From assembly GCA_051362555.1 (NCBI GenBank), contig CM120640.1, forward strand, positions 41,828,788 to 41,892,787: 64,000 bases of DNA. Reading direction: 5' to 3'. The DNA comes from Lingula anatina (taxonomy: Eukaryota > Animalia > Brachiopoda). Shown here piece after piece: positions 26,400 to 39,376 of this stretch. Position 1 is the stretch's first letter. Each line of letters opens with the position of its first letter. The notes under the pieces are model-generated. The model was not told the DNA's origin, searched no databases, and saw only the letters and a program-made list of their open reading frames with translations. Made by a program: the position numbers and the translations under genes.

Positions 26400-28728
26400 A
26401 TGTTTGAGTGGATCGTTCCTGTAATTCCAGCACTCGGGTAAGTCTTACAACAGGAAACAAAATTTCTTATAAATATTTGAATTCACAAAATTCATAGACA
26501 GCAAAAACAGAGAAAAAAAGTATATATATTTTTTACACACACACAAATATATTTATACACGTCTTGTTTTCATTTCAGGGCTGTGACCAGTATTTCAACG
26601 TCCGGGGTTGGTCTGTCCCTCATATCATTCGTACTCCTGCTGTATTTGGCCTGCAAACTATGGCAAATGTACGTTTTGAGCACCACGGACCAGACCTCTA
26701 AATTGCCTCTGCCTCCTGGAAGCATGGGCTGGCCTATCATAGGCGAGAGCCTTAATTTCATCTCCAAGGTGAGAAAAAATATCCAGCAATCAAATGAAAA
26801 TTGGAATCAACGAAAAAGGCTTGTAAAGTAAAATTTAGTCCTCTCTGCGATTTGAGTCCTCTCTCGTTTGTAAGAACGAACTGCAGATAATTTCTGCCTT
26901 GTAAAACACTTTTTGATTTACCTTATTCAGCCCATATTCCTTTCATAGAAATACTGCTAGGTTTTAAAAAATTGACACTAAACGCATTTATCATTTTTTT
27001 TAGCCAACTGCATTTTACAACGACAGACGAACGAAATACGGCCGCGTGTACAAAACCCACCTTCTTGGCCAACCCACCATTCGCGTCATCGGCGCAGAAA
27101 ACGTCCAGAAAATTCTGACTCACGAGGATGAGCTGGTTACTCATCGTTGGCCAAGTAGCACGAGAACCATCATGGGCGAGAACGGTGTCATCCACTCCGG
27201 TGGGGCCGAACACAACTCTCGCAGAATAGCCATTGCCAAAGCATTCCAGCACTCAGCTCTCAGTACTTACGTCCCAGAAATGCAGGAGACGGTGCACAAT
27301 TTCATCCGAACGTGGTGCGACAAGGGGCGCATCCTCGGCTACCCGGAGTGCAGGACCTTGGCCTTCAGCATCACCTCGAAAGTTCTCCTGGGCTGCGACT
27401 TCACACAGAGCAAAGACGTCGAAGAGGCCCTTGCCAACTTTGAAGATAATCTGTTTTCTTTCCCGGTGAACATACCTGGCAGCGGATTGCACAAGGTAAG
27501 AAACCTATCTCATAAACTATGAATAAATATAAAGTGAAATGTTATGTGTTTTAAAAAGAAAGGATACATTTAAAAAGAAATTTATCGTTTGTCACCTTTT
27601 AACATATAATCTCATCTTCAATATCGACCACAAAGATTAACATTTCTTACAACCGATTTATATCCATTTCTAGGGTATCAAGGCGCGAAATTTCCTTTTG
27701 ACTAAAATCGATGAATGCATAAGTCGGCATAAGTCTGGAAGTCAGTCCTATCCCAGTGCACTGGGGCTCTTGCTCTCCCAGTCCCCGCAAGGCAGTCTCA
27801 GCCAGACAGAGCTTCGAAACATTGCCCTAGAACTGCTTTTCGCTGGCCACCAAACTACCGCCAGCGCCGCCTGCTGCCTGATGATGCATCTTGGCAAGAA
27901 AACCGAAGTTGTAGACAGAATCGCCGAAGAACTCTACGACCGTCATCTCTTCCAAGAGGCCAATTTCAATACCCAGCTGAATCTGGACGCCATAAGTGAA
28001 CTCCGTTACTTGAGCCAGGTGGTCCGGGAAGTGCTGCGTATCAACCCACCGGTCGGCGGCGGCTTCCGAAAGGTTCTCAAGACATTCGATGTGGACGTAA
28101 GTTTTTTACCGTTATTTTTACCGTTAAAATTTGAAAATGTCACATTTTGCTGTGTTTAGGCTATATGAAAGTAACGTCTAACCCCACTGTATATAAATCA
28201 GGTGCATTCATGGTTCATTCAAAGAAAAAATGTTGACGAATGCAATGATTGGAATTTTAGTATTAAAACCCCTTTTTATAGCGGCAGTTATAATTTGTAA
28301 ATAGAATCTGTTTAGGTTTCCAAAGCAAATACAATAAAAACGTTTTCATTATCTTATCACAGGGCATGCAAGTTCCTAAAGGTTGGACAGTGACTTACAG
28401 TATTCGAGACACGCACGAGACCACCAACTTCTTCCAACAACGAGACAAATTTGACCCCGACAGGTGGAACGCCATCCAAGGAGACTCCCAGGAGGTGAAA
28501 TACAACTACCTCCCATTCGGTGCAGGTGCCCGGGGCTGCTTAGGCAAAGAATTCGCCAAACTGATCCTGAAGATTCTGGCAATAGAGTTGGTGAGGAACT
28601 GTAGCTGGCGTCTACTGAACGCGTCTCCAGAGATGAAATATCTGCCGGTTGCTTACCCTACTGACAATTTGCCCATAGAGTTTTCTTCTGCACCGCGCCC
28701 GCTCAGACCCAGAGCCCTTACACTTTAA
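26400..28728 (+). CDS. CYP26: Cytochrome P450 family 26 (retinoic-acid hydroxylase-like)
   Basis: Exons are 26400-26437, 26579-26768, 27004-27495, 27674-28096 and 28363-28728, all GT-AG and in phase. Motifs: TM anchor then LPLPPGSMGWPIIGE; YKTHLLGQPTIRVIGAENVQKIL; I-helix ELLFAGHQTTASA; K-helix EVLRINPPVGGGFR; VPKGWTVTYSIRDTH; FDPDRW; heme motif PFGAGARGCLG. These are all characteristic of CYP26. AATAAA at 29277. Confidence 0.95.
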
Positions 28729-28760
28729 TTTTCCATAAACTCAAAATGAAATTCACGGTG

Positions 28761-28765
<5 letters not shown>

Positions 28766-28816
<51 letters not shown>
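28766..28816. repeat. (TA)n microsatellite in the CYP26 3' UTR
   Basis: Direct reading, starting about 40 nt after the stop codon. Confidence 0.95.
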
Positions 28817-28821
<5 letters not shown>

Positions 28822-29798
28822 GTGCTTTTTGCGATTCAATGTATTCAACATTCATGTAGCATTAATCGCCATCCGGTTACTTTTGTGATCACTGAAATGC
28901 TGTACCATTGCTTCATCAACAACTTTCGACAAGCAGGCCTATCGTATAGCAATGTATCTTAATAGTATAAGTAATTGGACAGTTGATCGTAAAAGAACAT
29001 TTGTACTTTTTATGATATATAACGGCAACCTTTGTTTATAGCTTCAAGTATTTGTACAACGTTCAGTTGGACATGCAGGTACATGACCAAGCAAGTCTGC
29101 GTGATTGATAAATATTATAGTGTTTTGGACATTAAAACGTATTGCGTGAAAAGCTATGTCAAGTAATGTGACTGTAATAGAGCCTTCAGTAATGTAAATA
29201 CAAGTCAGGCATGATGTAAATAGATATATAACGTTCCTACAACAAATGTATTTTTTATACTAACAATTTTGTCAATAATAAATTATTTGAATATAAACTA
29301 TTTGAAAATTTTGTTTACATTTATCTTTTCATCTATTTAGCTAAATAAGAATGCGTGTTAACTTCGATTAAAATTTGACTTCTGCATAGATTATTGCAGG
29401 TAATACCAACTTTTATGATCAGAGAATATATAAAATGATATGTTGCTGAAGTAATCTTTATTTTTTTGTTACTTTTTATTGTAATGCAATAACGCGCTTT
29501 TCTGCTTTACGACGCAATAATCAGTGGTGCAAATCGAAACTTGTGCAATTCTTATTTTTCTGAAATGAAGAAGCCTTCGCAATTTTCCGAGCGTCTTCAT
29601 GAAAATCCGAGTCCGAAGCAAAATCTCTTTGTGATAACGTTAATTACAATTATGCTTTCGATGTGCTTCATTCCTTGTTCTATGGGGGTTTGTCTTTTCA
29701 TGCAGAATACATAAGACTCTATTAAACAAAAGTAAGTAAATGGCAAAAAAAAAAAAAAAAAAAAAAAAAAATTGTAAGGAATCTACGTGTACACATCA

Positions 29799-30070
29799 CA
29801 GGGGCGGATCCAGGATTATTTGAAGGGGGGGGGGGGGGGGGGGGGTCCGTGGATGCGAAGCCGACCCTCCCCAACTTGGCGTGGGGTTCAGGGCCCGCAG
29901 AAGGGCCCCGCGAACTTTTGGTATTTTAGAGGGCAAACGGTGCCATTAAGCACGGTTTAGAACTATGATTTAGCTAATCAAAATTCTAAATACAAGAGGG
30001 GACCAGAAATCGAAGGGGGGGGGGGGGGGTCAGGACCCCCGACCCCCCCCCCCCTCTAAATCCGCCACTG
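29799..30070. mobile_element. MITE family B, copy 1
   Basis: Ends CAGGGGCGGATCCAG...TAAATCCGCCACTG with a CATCA duplication on both flanks and internal poly-G/poly-C tracts. Homologous to 32392-32666. Confidence 0.85.
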
Positions 30071-30367
30071 CATCAAAATTGTGGTAGAGGTTCATGGTTG
30101 TGATTTTTACAGACGACTGTATTAACGCAATTATAAGTAATTCCTTTTATATTGGGGATGCAGAAAAAATAAATGTCAGTCTGTTTCGAAATCTGTTCTT
30201 TTCATTTGTGATGGGTCTATAGTTTGGTAAAATGTAAACATTAAAGAATTATCAAAATAGAGAGTACTGAAAGAAAACCAGATTAGCAGTAACCACAGCA
30301 TGGGACAAGAAAGGAATATGCAAATGGAGAGAAGCAATATACTTTTACAACATAATTGCCATTTAAG

Positions 30368-30535
30368 CAGGGGCGGATTTAGGCCGTCTTCTGGGTCTTC
30401 CGGAAGACGGTCAGATTTTCAGGTTTACATTGACGGGAATCTAATTTTTTCTGTCGGAAGACGGTCAAAAATAAAGGGTGAATCAATAAAGATAATTCAG
30501 AAGTCTGTCACAAAATATCTCTGGATCCGCCCCTG
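30368..30535. mobile_element. MITE family A, copy 2
   Basis: TIRs CAGGGGCGGAT...ATCCGCCCCTG with an ATTTAAG duplication on both flanks. Confidence 0.9.
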
Positions 30536-31137
30536 ATTTAAGTGACATTTTCAAGAACATCGGGCCACCTTTAACGCAATCGCATCAACTGTTTGTGATT
30601 GATTTAGGTAAATTCGAATTTTATGACTTGCAAAAAGCGTATAAAATGGAAAAAAGGGTTTGATGAATTTTTATTAGAGTGGCAAAATTTGTATTAAAAC
30701 ATATATATATTTTTACATATGATATCTTTTTCGAACAATACATGTAGCTCCAAGAATTTCAGAATTTCTTTGCAATTCACCCCAGTAATATTCTGTCCAG
30801 CTAAGCACCTATTTGTAAATTTTGAATGCAAAAGTATTTTTACCACGTGCAGTTTTTACGTATTGTTACAAGCATTTAAAGAATGATTTTTTTTCGTTGT
30901 GTATTGCTTTATATGCTATGTTATGAAAAACAGGAAGAAAGATCTTCGAATCCATATGCATATTTTTTTATCTTAGTATCTTTTTATCTTTTTAACTAAG
31001 GATAAAAGCATGGCCGCAGGATGATCCATTTTTATAAGAGCCACGGGTACATGTACTATCCACAAATCGAACTTAAATTCGTTACACAAAAATAAATGCC
31101 ACATATGTATCCAGTCAAGTACTGTTAAAAGTTTTAA

Positions 31138-33534
31138 TTATAGCACCTTGTAAAGAAAAACTATTCCATTATTTTGGAATGAATAATTCGGAACTCTTCG
31201 ACGCTCAACTTTTTCCCACTTTCCTCCCATTTCAAGTTGCTTCATGTATGGCTCCAGACGATCTTTGTATTCCTCCACATTATCAAGGTAGTTTTCCCGC
31301 ATAACAATGCATATCATACCCCCTGAAATACAGAACACACAAACGTAAATGCATCCCTGCGTACATGTAGGCCTACGCATCACTTACAACGACGTACATG
31401 TAAGAAAATTGCAGCAGACGTAGCTAACAGAATATGACAACTTTTCATTATATCATACATTCTTTCGTTTTTAGTCTCCTGAATTATATAAAGATTATTC
31501 ACAACTTAATATCGATGGGGGTGCATCGGGCTTCAGTATAACCATTGCTACCCATTTACCTTTTTTTACAACTCGAATCATTTCATTTAGAGCTGAACAT
31601 TTTATGTGCCCTTCTCCCATTCCGCCAAAAATGACAATGGCATCGTAGGTGTCTAAAAGTAAAATAAGCAAAATCACATATATGCCATGATTACATGTAA
31701 ATATAATGGTTGAGTAAAGTAAACGATGTAAGTACGTGTAGTTAGTGATTTTTTTCAGCCAGCTTGCACGTTCTTTGCTCGAAATAAGCTTAGATACAAT
31801 ACCAATGCACAAAAGTGACCATATTATGATAAGGTGCAGATAAGGTGCACTGTAAACATAACGACGGGGTTATAGTACATAAATAACGTAACTACTGTAA
31901 GCTGGATAAAGAAATTAAAAAGACTTCCGAAGTGTCTTCAAATCCTGCACGTGAACAAACATGGTCATCGTTTTCCAGATTTTTTCCTTTAAATGCGATT
32001 CATACTTAAAACAAAACATCTACCGACATCTTTAAGTCAGTGCCTTTTAGTGGGAGAACGAGGAAGAGGAGGAGAGGGAAGAAAAGAAGGCAGATATTAA
32101 TTTTTTACCTGTTTCAATACCAACAGTGGGCTCTGGGGTAATGAAGCTATGGATTAACCGTCTATATATGTTTTTCCTTTCCGCTATGGACAACAATTCC
32201 TCAGAGGGGTCTAACCCGTCAATCGAAGTAAATCCGTGCTGATGTAGCTGGAAATTTTAAGAAAAACATATAGGCAAATGTACAGATAGTATAACGCACA
32301 CGGTTTATTAGGACAGATAATAAAAAGAAACTGGGAAGAGGCGTAAAACTCAAAGTCTCAAATACGTATTTTTAAATTACTAAAAAGTATACAGGGGTAG
32401 ATCTAAGATTATTTGAAGGGGTGTCAGCGGATGCGAAGCCGACACCCCCCCACCCCCCCACCCCCCACCCCTTGGAGTGGGGTTCGGGGCCCGGTGAAGG
32501 GCCCCGATTATCTTTGGTATTTTAGAGGGCGAACGGTGCCATTTAGAACTATGATTCAGCTAGTCAAAATTCTAATTTCAATGAAGGACAAATGGTGTGA
32601 TTAATTCTTCAGAAATCGAAGAGGGGTGGGTCAGGACCCCCTTGACACCCCCTAAATCCTCCACTGAGTATATTACATTTAGGAGTATTTCGGTAACATT
32701 GGGATATTTACTGTAATTTTCAGTTGATCTTAATTTTTCTACTTATTTTAGCTAAAATAGTCCGGCTGTTTAAAATCTGAAAAATGACTTCTGGTCCATT
32801 TTTGTGACAGAAACAAAAATATTTGCAAGGATTTGTCTTAATGCGCATACAAGTGAGCCATATAAAAGGGTTTCTCCTACCTGTTCTCCTACCTTCCCTG
32901 TACCTGCCGCCACATCCAAAACGAATACTGCTCTTCGTTTGTGCTTCTCGAAATACGCTGCCAGAGTACTAGTGGCTATTGCTGGTCCGTTATAACATCC
33001 AACTAAGCTCTTGGTGTGAAAGAGAAGAATGACTTACCTCTTAAAAGGACAATAATAACAGGCGGGATTTTCTTTGCTTTGAGCGTTACTATTTTCTTTT
33101 ATATAACCTGTACTTCTGTCAGATAGCACGTATCATCCTTATTATAAGTAGTGCGTGGTGGTTGGTAAGTAGAAAAAAATGTTGACAACCTCAGAAAAGG
33201 TAAGGTTAGCTGGTTGTATTTTCCCCTCAACCCATTTATATGTTACCACAGGGTGTCGGTTCGTGTTTACTTAAATACATGTGGAAATGCGATACTTGGG
33301 CATATTTAAGCGATATGAAATACTGGGACAAATCTATTCCGGTTAAAATATTTTGTCTACAACATCAAATAATGTATTACTGAAATAGATTACTATTATT
33401 AAATCACCCACTTTATCATAATTCTCTCCCCATTCATCATAAACTCCAACCATTTCTTCTGGACTGATGCCTTTTTGGTGTGCCATATTGTTGGTGTTGT
33501 CTGCAAAATTACTATCGCAAACAGTTTTCGCCAT
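31138..33534 (-). CDS. METTL27: Methyltransferase-like protein 27 (WBSCR27-like), class I SAM-dependent methyltransferase
   Basis: Exons are 33534-33412, 33009-32881, 32247-32109, 31652-31560 and 31322-31138, all in phase. Motifs: YDEWGENYDK; YNGP; motif I VLDVAAGTGKVGEQL..HGF..IDGLDPS; YDAIVIFGGMGEGHI; EMIRVVKKGGMICIVMRE. The start ATG is inferred. Confidence 0.85.
32392..32666. mobile_element. MITE family B, copy 2 (in a METTL27 intron)
   Basis: Ends CAGGGGTAGATCTAAG...CTAAATCCTCCACTG with an AGTATA duplication on both flanks. Internal gatgcgaagccgac and tttagagggc.aacggtgccatt are shared with copy 1. Confidence 0.85.
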
Positions 33535-33666
33535 TTCTTGATCAGCCCTGGTAATCAAATATCTTTTTTCATGATATACAGCAAATAGTTGCAATGATAA
33601 CACTGGTACATAAATGGAATGTTAAGGACGTGGCTCTTCAACCAGTCCGACCAATGGCAAGACTTA

Positions 33667-33908
33667 GGGCTCATTCCCAAAGACATTATCGATCCAACTC
33701 CGCGGGGATTCTCGCTGAATGTAATCAGTTTAACAGATTAACACGCCTCCTCTTGTTTCAAACGAACTCGTATAATTACCAGCTTTTCTGCATTATACTC
33801 AAATTCAAGAGGAGGTGTATCGTTCAGTTAATCTGATTGCATTCTGTGCGAGTCCCCGTGGAGTTGGATCACTATACGTAGAACGAAAGTATCATTGGGA
33901 ATGAGCCC
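33667..33908. mobile_element. PIF/Harbinger-type foldback MITE
   Basis: TTA|GGGCTCATTCCCAA ... TTGGGAATGAGCCC|TTA gives a 3-bp TTA TSD and GGG termini. The interior is a long imperfect palindrome (gatccaactcc.cgggga...cgcctcctcttg / caagaggaggtg...tccccgtggagttggatc). Confidence 0.85.
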
Positions 33909-35602
33909 TTACATTCCCATGCCATATTTCACTCTATAGACCTCGGCTGGTGAGTAGAAATGTCATACAGGGACGTCACGTACCAATGCATCCCATGCCT
34001 CACTGCTCTCCCGTTATGTAACTTTACTATACTCTCTGACCACAGGGTCCGCTTGTAGTCTGCTACAGATTTCTTGTATCGGATCCTGTTGTTGGAACTG
34101 AGATGGTCAACTGGAACGTGTTCCTCGTCAGACATTTGTATTTGTCAGTGGGGGCAATTTTACACGTAAGTGTTGAGTACGCACATCCCTGTCTACATTA
34201 TGTAATGACGTAAGTCAAGCATAAAAGAATTACTCCAAATGTCCAGCTGAGTGATTACACGTAGACCTCTAGTGACACCCAACCCCACTTCTGTCTCTCG
34301 ACCTCCCCACCATACCCTCCTCTGCTTCTGGGCCACTGTTTAAGGAGCGGTAGGGGCAGGGTAGTTACATAAGGGCAGACGTGTTGATTGGAAGAGTTCC
34401 TACAGGGGGTTTGTACTTTAATTTTGTATGCTGACCACTGATATCATAGGGTATTTACTAAGTAACATAGGCAAAATTTAAAACTCCTAATAAGGGCCTA
34501 GTATCTGTATACGTCCTACTAAACATGTAGCTCACACCACGAATCAGACGTTAACTTTTAAAAAATCTGATACTATATGAAACAGTTTTTACTCAAATCA
34601 TGCACCAGGCTTATCTGAAAACTTTTGTCTGCAAACCGTTTTATAATCAGGTCCATTTGAAGAAAACAGAAAAGTAAAAAAGGTTAAAGAGTATATTTGC
34701 GAATTCTAATTTTTTTAAATCTCTGGTGACAGAAAGTGATAAATCTAGCTTTTGGTGTAAATCATGGAAAATTTTAAAATTCGTGCCTTGTCAGTATGGG
34801 GAAAATTCAGCTTTCAGCCGTTACAGTAACGAAAGATTCCAAAATAACAACCCTTTTGGGCAATATTTGCACGTAATTAATAATAACAAAAATTAAACTG
34901 CGCTAAAGGGGTATTACGAGATGCACGTTTATGGTACTGACACATCTTTTCCTAAACCTCAAGTAGCCCTATATATTGTTTCACAAATGCCTGGTAACGA
35001 AAGTTTTGTAAATTACATTCTAAGAGAATGCTGTTTTGCCATGTTTTGTGTTACAAAAATTAACTGTGTCCTGTCACCATATCGTCTAGATAATCATGGA
35101 CCTACTGTAACTGAATTGAAGATTTTATTAATGGCTAAAATATCACAAAAACATAAAAAAAAATGGTGACCGTTGCCAAAAGACGTAATTACGAAGGTTT
35201 TTTTTTTCAATTTTTAAAAACCTGGCGGCACTCCGAAAGTAGACGCAAGCTATTCATTGACTTATTTAAAATGAACATTTTAGACATCATACTCACTTCC
35301 TGAAAAATTGCAGATTTTCTACCAAAATAAACTAGATCGATTAGAGGATGTGAGATGGTGCTGTGGGCGACAGTAGGCCTAACAAAGGTATGAAATGTAG
35401 TCCGTTTTTGTTTTTTGTGTGAAAACATATAAATCTAGTATTTATTTATTTATTTATTTATTTATTTTTCTGAAGTTGCCAGACTGATACTAGTAAAGTT
35501 CCACTTGGACATACAATATTCTTCAACTCACTTACATTTTTAATTTTTTTTTTTATAATTAAAATAATAAAACAGACAGCACCCGAAAAGAGAGTTAAAC
35601 GT

Positions 35603-35661
35603 AGGGTTCGGTTTCATCAAGGACTGGATAGCGCTATCCAGCCTTGATGAAACCAGGCCCC
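35603..35661. mobile_element. Very short palindromic (hairpin) MITE-like element
   Basis: GGTTTCATCAAGG(A)CTGGATAGC/GCTATCCAGCCTTGATGAAACC is a near-perfect palindrome with ggg/ccc ends, about 310 bp upstream of the MRPL55 ATG. Confidence 0.6.
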
Positions 35662-35973
35662 AGACTCTTACTCAACATAATTTTTAATTGCCCCCCCCCC
35701 CCCCCCCCCTACTCTCCCCTTGCCAACGTAACGGCAATTGCAAGTAAAAAGTTAATCCTTGGAACAAAATGATATAAGCTGAAAGCTATAAGATGAAATC
35801 TTATATAACAACACAGAGTCCATATTGTATTGAACAAATGAAAAGGGTATTAAAAATATTTTGTCATCTTTTCCAATAGAGTGGACACTAAATACCTTAG
35901 TTAGGTTTTGCTGTATATATCCCCGTCGTAAGAAGAACAACAGTTTACTCGTGTTACTACGGTTAAATTCAAC

Positions 35974-36924
35974 ATGGCGGCACTGCGTGTGACTGCTGGC
36001 ATCAACACAGTGACCAGTATTTATAGTTCTAGCAGGTGAGATAAACACTACTGCCTGTAATTAAATTAAATGGAAGGATTTATACTCTTTATATTGTATT
36101 TTTGGCGAATGAGGCGTAATTTATTGTCACTATCTACTGTCACATTGCGCCCTTCTCCATCTCGCTGTCTACCTTCTGAAGTTGTCTCCCACTGGTACAG
36201 TATTATCTGACCCCTCCAAATATACGGCCCCACATGCACACTCACGTAAATACTATATAAATCCATTATTTTTCAGATACGTTTTTCAATCTGGTCCTTT
36301 TTGCCAGCTCTGTAGAAAAGCTGCTCTGACATCCCAGTGTTTGCCAACAGCACAACATAACAGTCAAATTAAAATTCCTTCGAGATGCCATTCGAACTTG
36401 ACTCTTAAGTGTATTAAGAGGGAGCCGAATACCTTTCCCAGAATGTATTTTGATAATTATGTTGTGTTCCCAGATGGGTCCACTATTAAAATCAGATATC
36501 ATGAGCCTAGATTAGTTTTTAAGGTAGGTGAAATCAGTTTGTTTAGAGTTTTTTTTTTCATATTTAGCATATATTTCAAATTGTTTGTTATTGACTTAAA
36601 CAGTGAAGAAGTATTAACGTAAATCATGTTTTAAAGCAGATGGGTAAAATAATATCAAAGAGAACAGATAAATGTCTCAGGTCTATTTTCTGTAATTTTA
36701 GAAAAAAAAACTAAAATTGTCTTTATTTTGGTTTACTCACTTGTATAATATCTTTTGTCATTTTAATGTTTTAGCTGCCTTTTGACCTAAATTCACTATC
36801 TCCTGAAGAAAAAGAGATGCATTTATCAGGAATGAAAAAGAAAGTCAAGAAGAAGAAAAAGAAGAGGGTGGTTGAGGAAGATGTTCAATTTGATGCTTCA
36901 GACTATATATTTAAAAAGAAATAA
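35974..36924 (+). CDS. MRPL55: Mitochondrial large ribosomal subunit protein mL55 (MRPL55)
   Basis: Exons are 35974-36035, 36277-36523 and 36775-36924. An N-terminal transit-like peptide is followed by [43 protein letters not shown] and a basic/acidic tail, matching the L55 signature DGSTI.IRY.EPR...P.DL..LS.EE. The start context CAACATGGCGGC is YY1-like. Confidence 0.9.
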
Positions 36925-39376
36925 CCTTTGCTCCTTGTGTGGTCAAGTCAGAAAAAAAGTGGAGAATTGTACCAAACCAGAAAGACTTTTTCATCTTATT
37001 TTGCTTTTCACTTGTCATGCATTACAAGACATTTATAGACCAATTTTGTAGCTTTCAAGACACTGGGATATGATAAGCCATGGACCCCGGAACTTGGTAT
37101 AACATTTTTGCAAACAGTAATTATATTGTTTTGACTAGCAATGTAATGTTCTCTTAAGGAGAATTTTGAGTATATTACTAACCAAACTGCATACTGGTAA
37201 ATCTGAAGTTGTTAACTTAAAGTTGCATGCATGAATTTGCAAAGTTTTATGCAATTATGCTTTATAAAAGTAAGAGTCGTAATAGATTTCAAAAGTTCCA
37301 AATATTTTTAACAAAGAAAAGTCCATGCCAAAAAGCACCTGCAGCAGAAAATGCTCATTTGCAAAAGGTCAGAAGAAAGTGGAAAGTAAAGATTATATCT
37401 AGGATATATAGACCTGCTTGGTGCTGCACATAAAAATAGTAAATGAGAAGCTCCTTATTTCTTTCATGAATGTTGCAAACCTCAAGACATGAAGTTATGC
37501 TTTTGCTTTTATGTTAAGAAAAGGAATAATGATAACTGCTGTGTGTGCAAGGATGAACTTTTATTATAAAATAGTAAAGCAATTAAAGCTCTTGATGAAA
37601 TGTATCAAAGTGAACATTTCAGGTGTCTTTGGACCAAGTGCAGTACATGTATTGCAGTTGATACAAAAGAAAATGACAAACTTGACAGTGAACATTCTGT
37701 GATTTCCTGAGCAAAAAGAACTTACTACATCAAAATGAAGACAAATAATGAGATAATATCTATAAAAAACATAGACACTTATTTACAAAATTCTGTTATT
37801 ATGAGTAAATGAAAAAAGTGTGGTTCTCTAAAATGGTTAACATAGTTGACTGTTATCCCATACACTGGAATTTGAAATAAAGGACATTTTGATTAAATGC
37901 AATAATCTGTGTAAAAATTTATAGAATATTGGTAAAATTAAGCAAAAATGACTTAATTAACTTCAAATTTAAATTATCTTCAAATTTTAGTTTAAATAAC
38001 ATTTTTTACCTCAATGCCTGTCCCAAGAAAAAATTATTATCAGTTTGAGACTATACTATCTCTGACATTAAAATTGAAATATTTGTACACCTGTGAAACA
38101 TTGAAGTAAGTTTACGATATTGGAGAAAGAAGAAATACATTTATACTGAGCTTGGTCAGATACTACTACATGAAATCGGAACCAGTACATTTCTATATGC
38201 CAGTTGAAGTTTAACTAATATAGGTGTAAACTTGTATTTGCTCAGTTGCGATGGGGACAATGACAATTTGAACCAGCTATAATTTTAACTTGAAACTTTA
38301 TTACAATCTAATAATTCCAGAGCAAGGTAATAATGACGATCTCTTGGCATATTTTCAGTCATCTAAAAATTCTGTCCTTGCTTGTTTGTAAATGTTATGA
38401 TAAATTTTCCTGCAGTTGTCCTGGAACAATTCTCTGTGAGACTTCCCAGTGTACTGTGATGCCTTCTGTGTCCAGTATTCTCCATTGGTCAAATGGACAA
38501 GGCTATAAGGAAAAAAAAACATGATCATGGTTTTTAATCTCTTTGTATAATGCTGAAATATTTCTGTACATAATTTATGAACCACAATAATATTGGTGTT
38601 ATTTTTCTGAGAAAAAAATGCAATAGTAATTTATCTACCTAAAATCAAAAGTGGTCTTTACTCTCATTATACAATTTTAAAAAATAATCAAATATACATT
38701 AAAACAAATTATTTTGGTGTTAATTTATTGATAAAATTATTTTATACAACAAAACTAAAACTATCAGCTTAACTGTACAGCAGTAATCTTTTATTTTTTC
38801 TACTCTGATGTATTATGGTATTGAAAAAATTGTGCTGAACAATTGTTAGTCTTATAGTTTACATTGATGTTAGTAATTTTTTCATAACATTTCCCAAAGA
38901 GAGTTTCATTTTAGGGGTTGTTCTCATTATAGGACTTGAATACTTTTCTGTGTATCTTATTAGTGGTGCACTGAAGTAAGAAATGTTTCTTCTATTTTAT
39001 CAACTACTGTTTTTCTTCTCTGCCTAAATGCTGACACAGTTACTGTAATGATCCACCCTTTCTGTTCAAATTGCTAAATAAATATATTTTTTTCAGTATT
39101 TAATTTATGTGACCTGCTTTAAATAAAGACGTCAGAAACTTTTTGACATGATTGGCTCATGAACTTGTTTTCCTAATCACAGAATTTTAATATCTCACCT
39201 CAGAGCACCAATTTTTTGTCACAACTTTACAAATTCCTAACAAAATATTAATCATATCAGAGGTAGTTTTTAGACTAAAATCTAAAAGCTGTGCTAGTAT
39301 TGCTTGTGTAAGAGCACTAGAAACTACATGTGTCACACTTCTAAACTGAAAATGAACCTCACTGGTTGAGCGCAGC

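Noticed and set aside
27831-27869. CYP26 I-helix has GHQTT instead of the usual acid-alcohol pair GHETT
   Set aside because: Active vertebrate CYP26B1 and CYP26C1 also lack the acidic residue here, so this is not evidence of inactivation or novelty.
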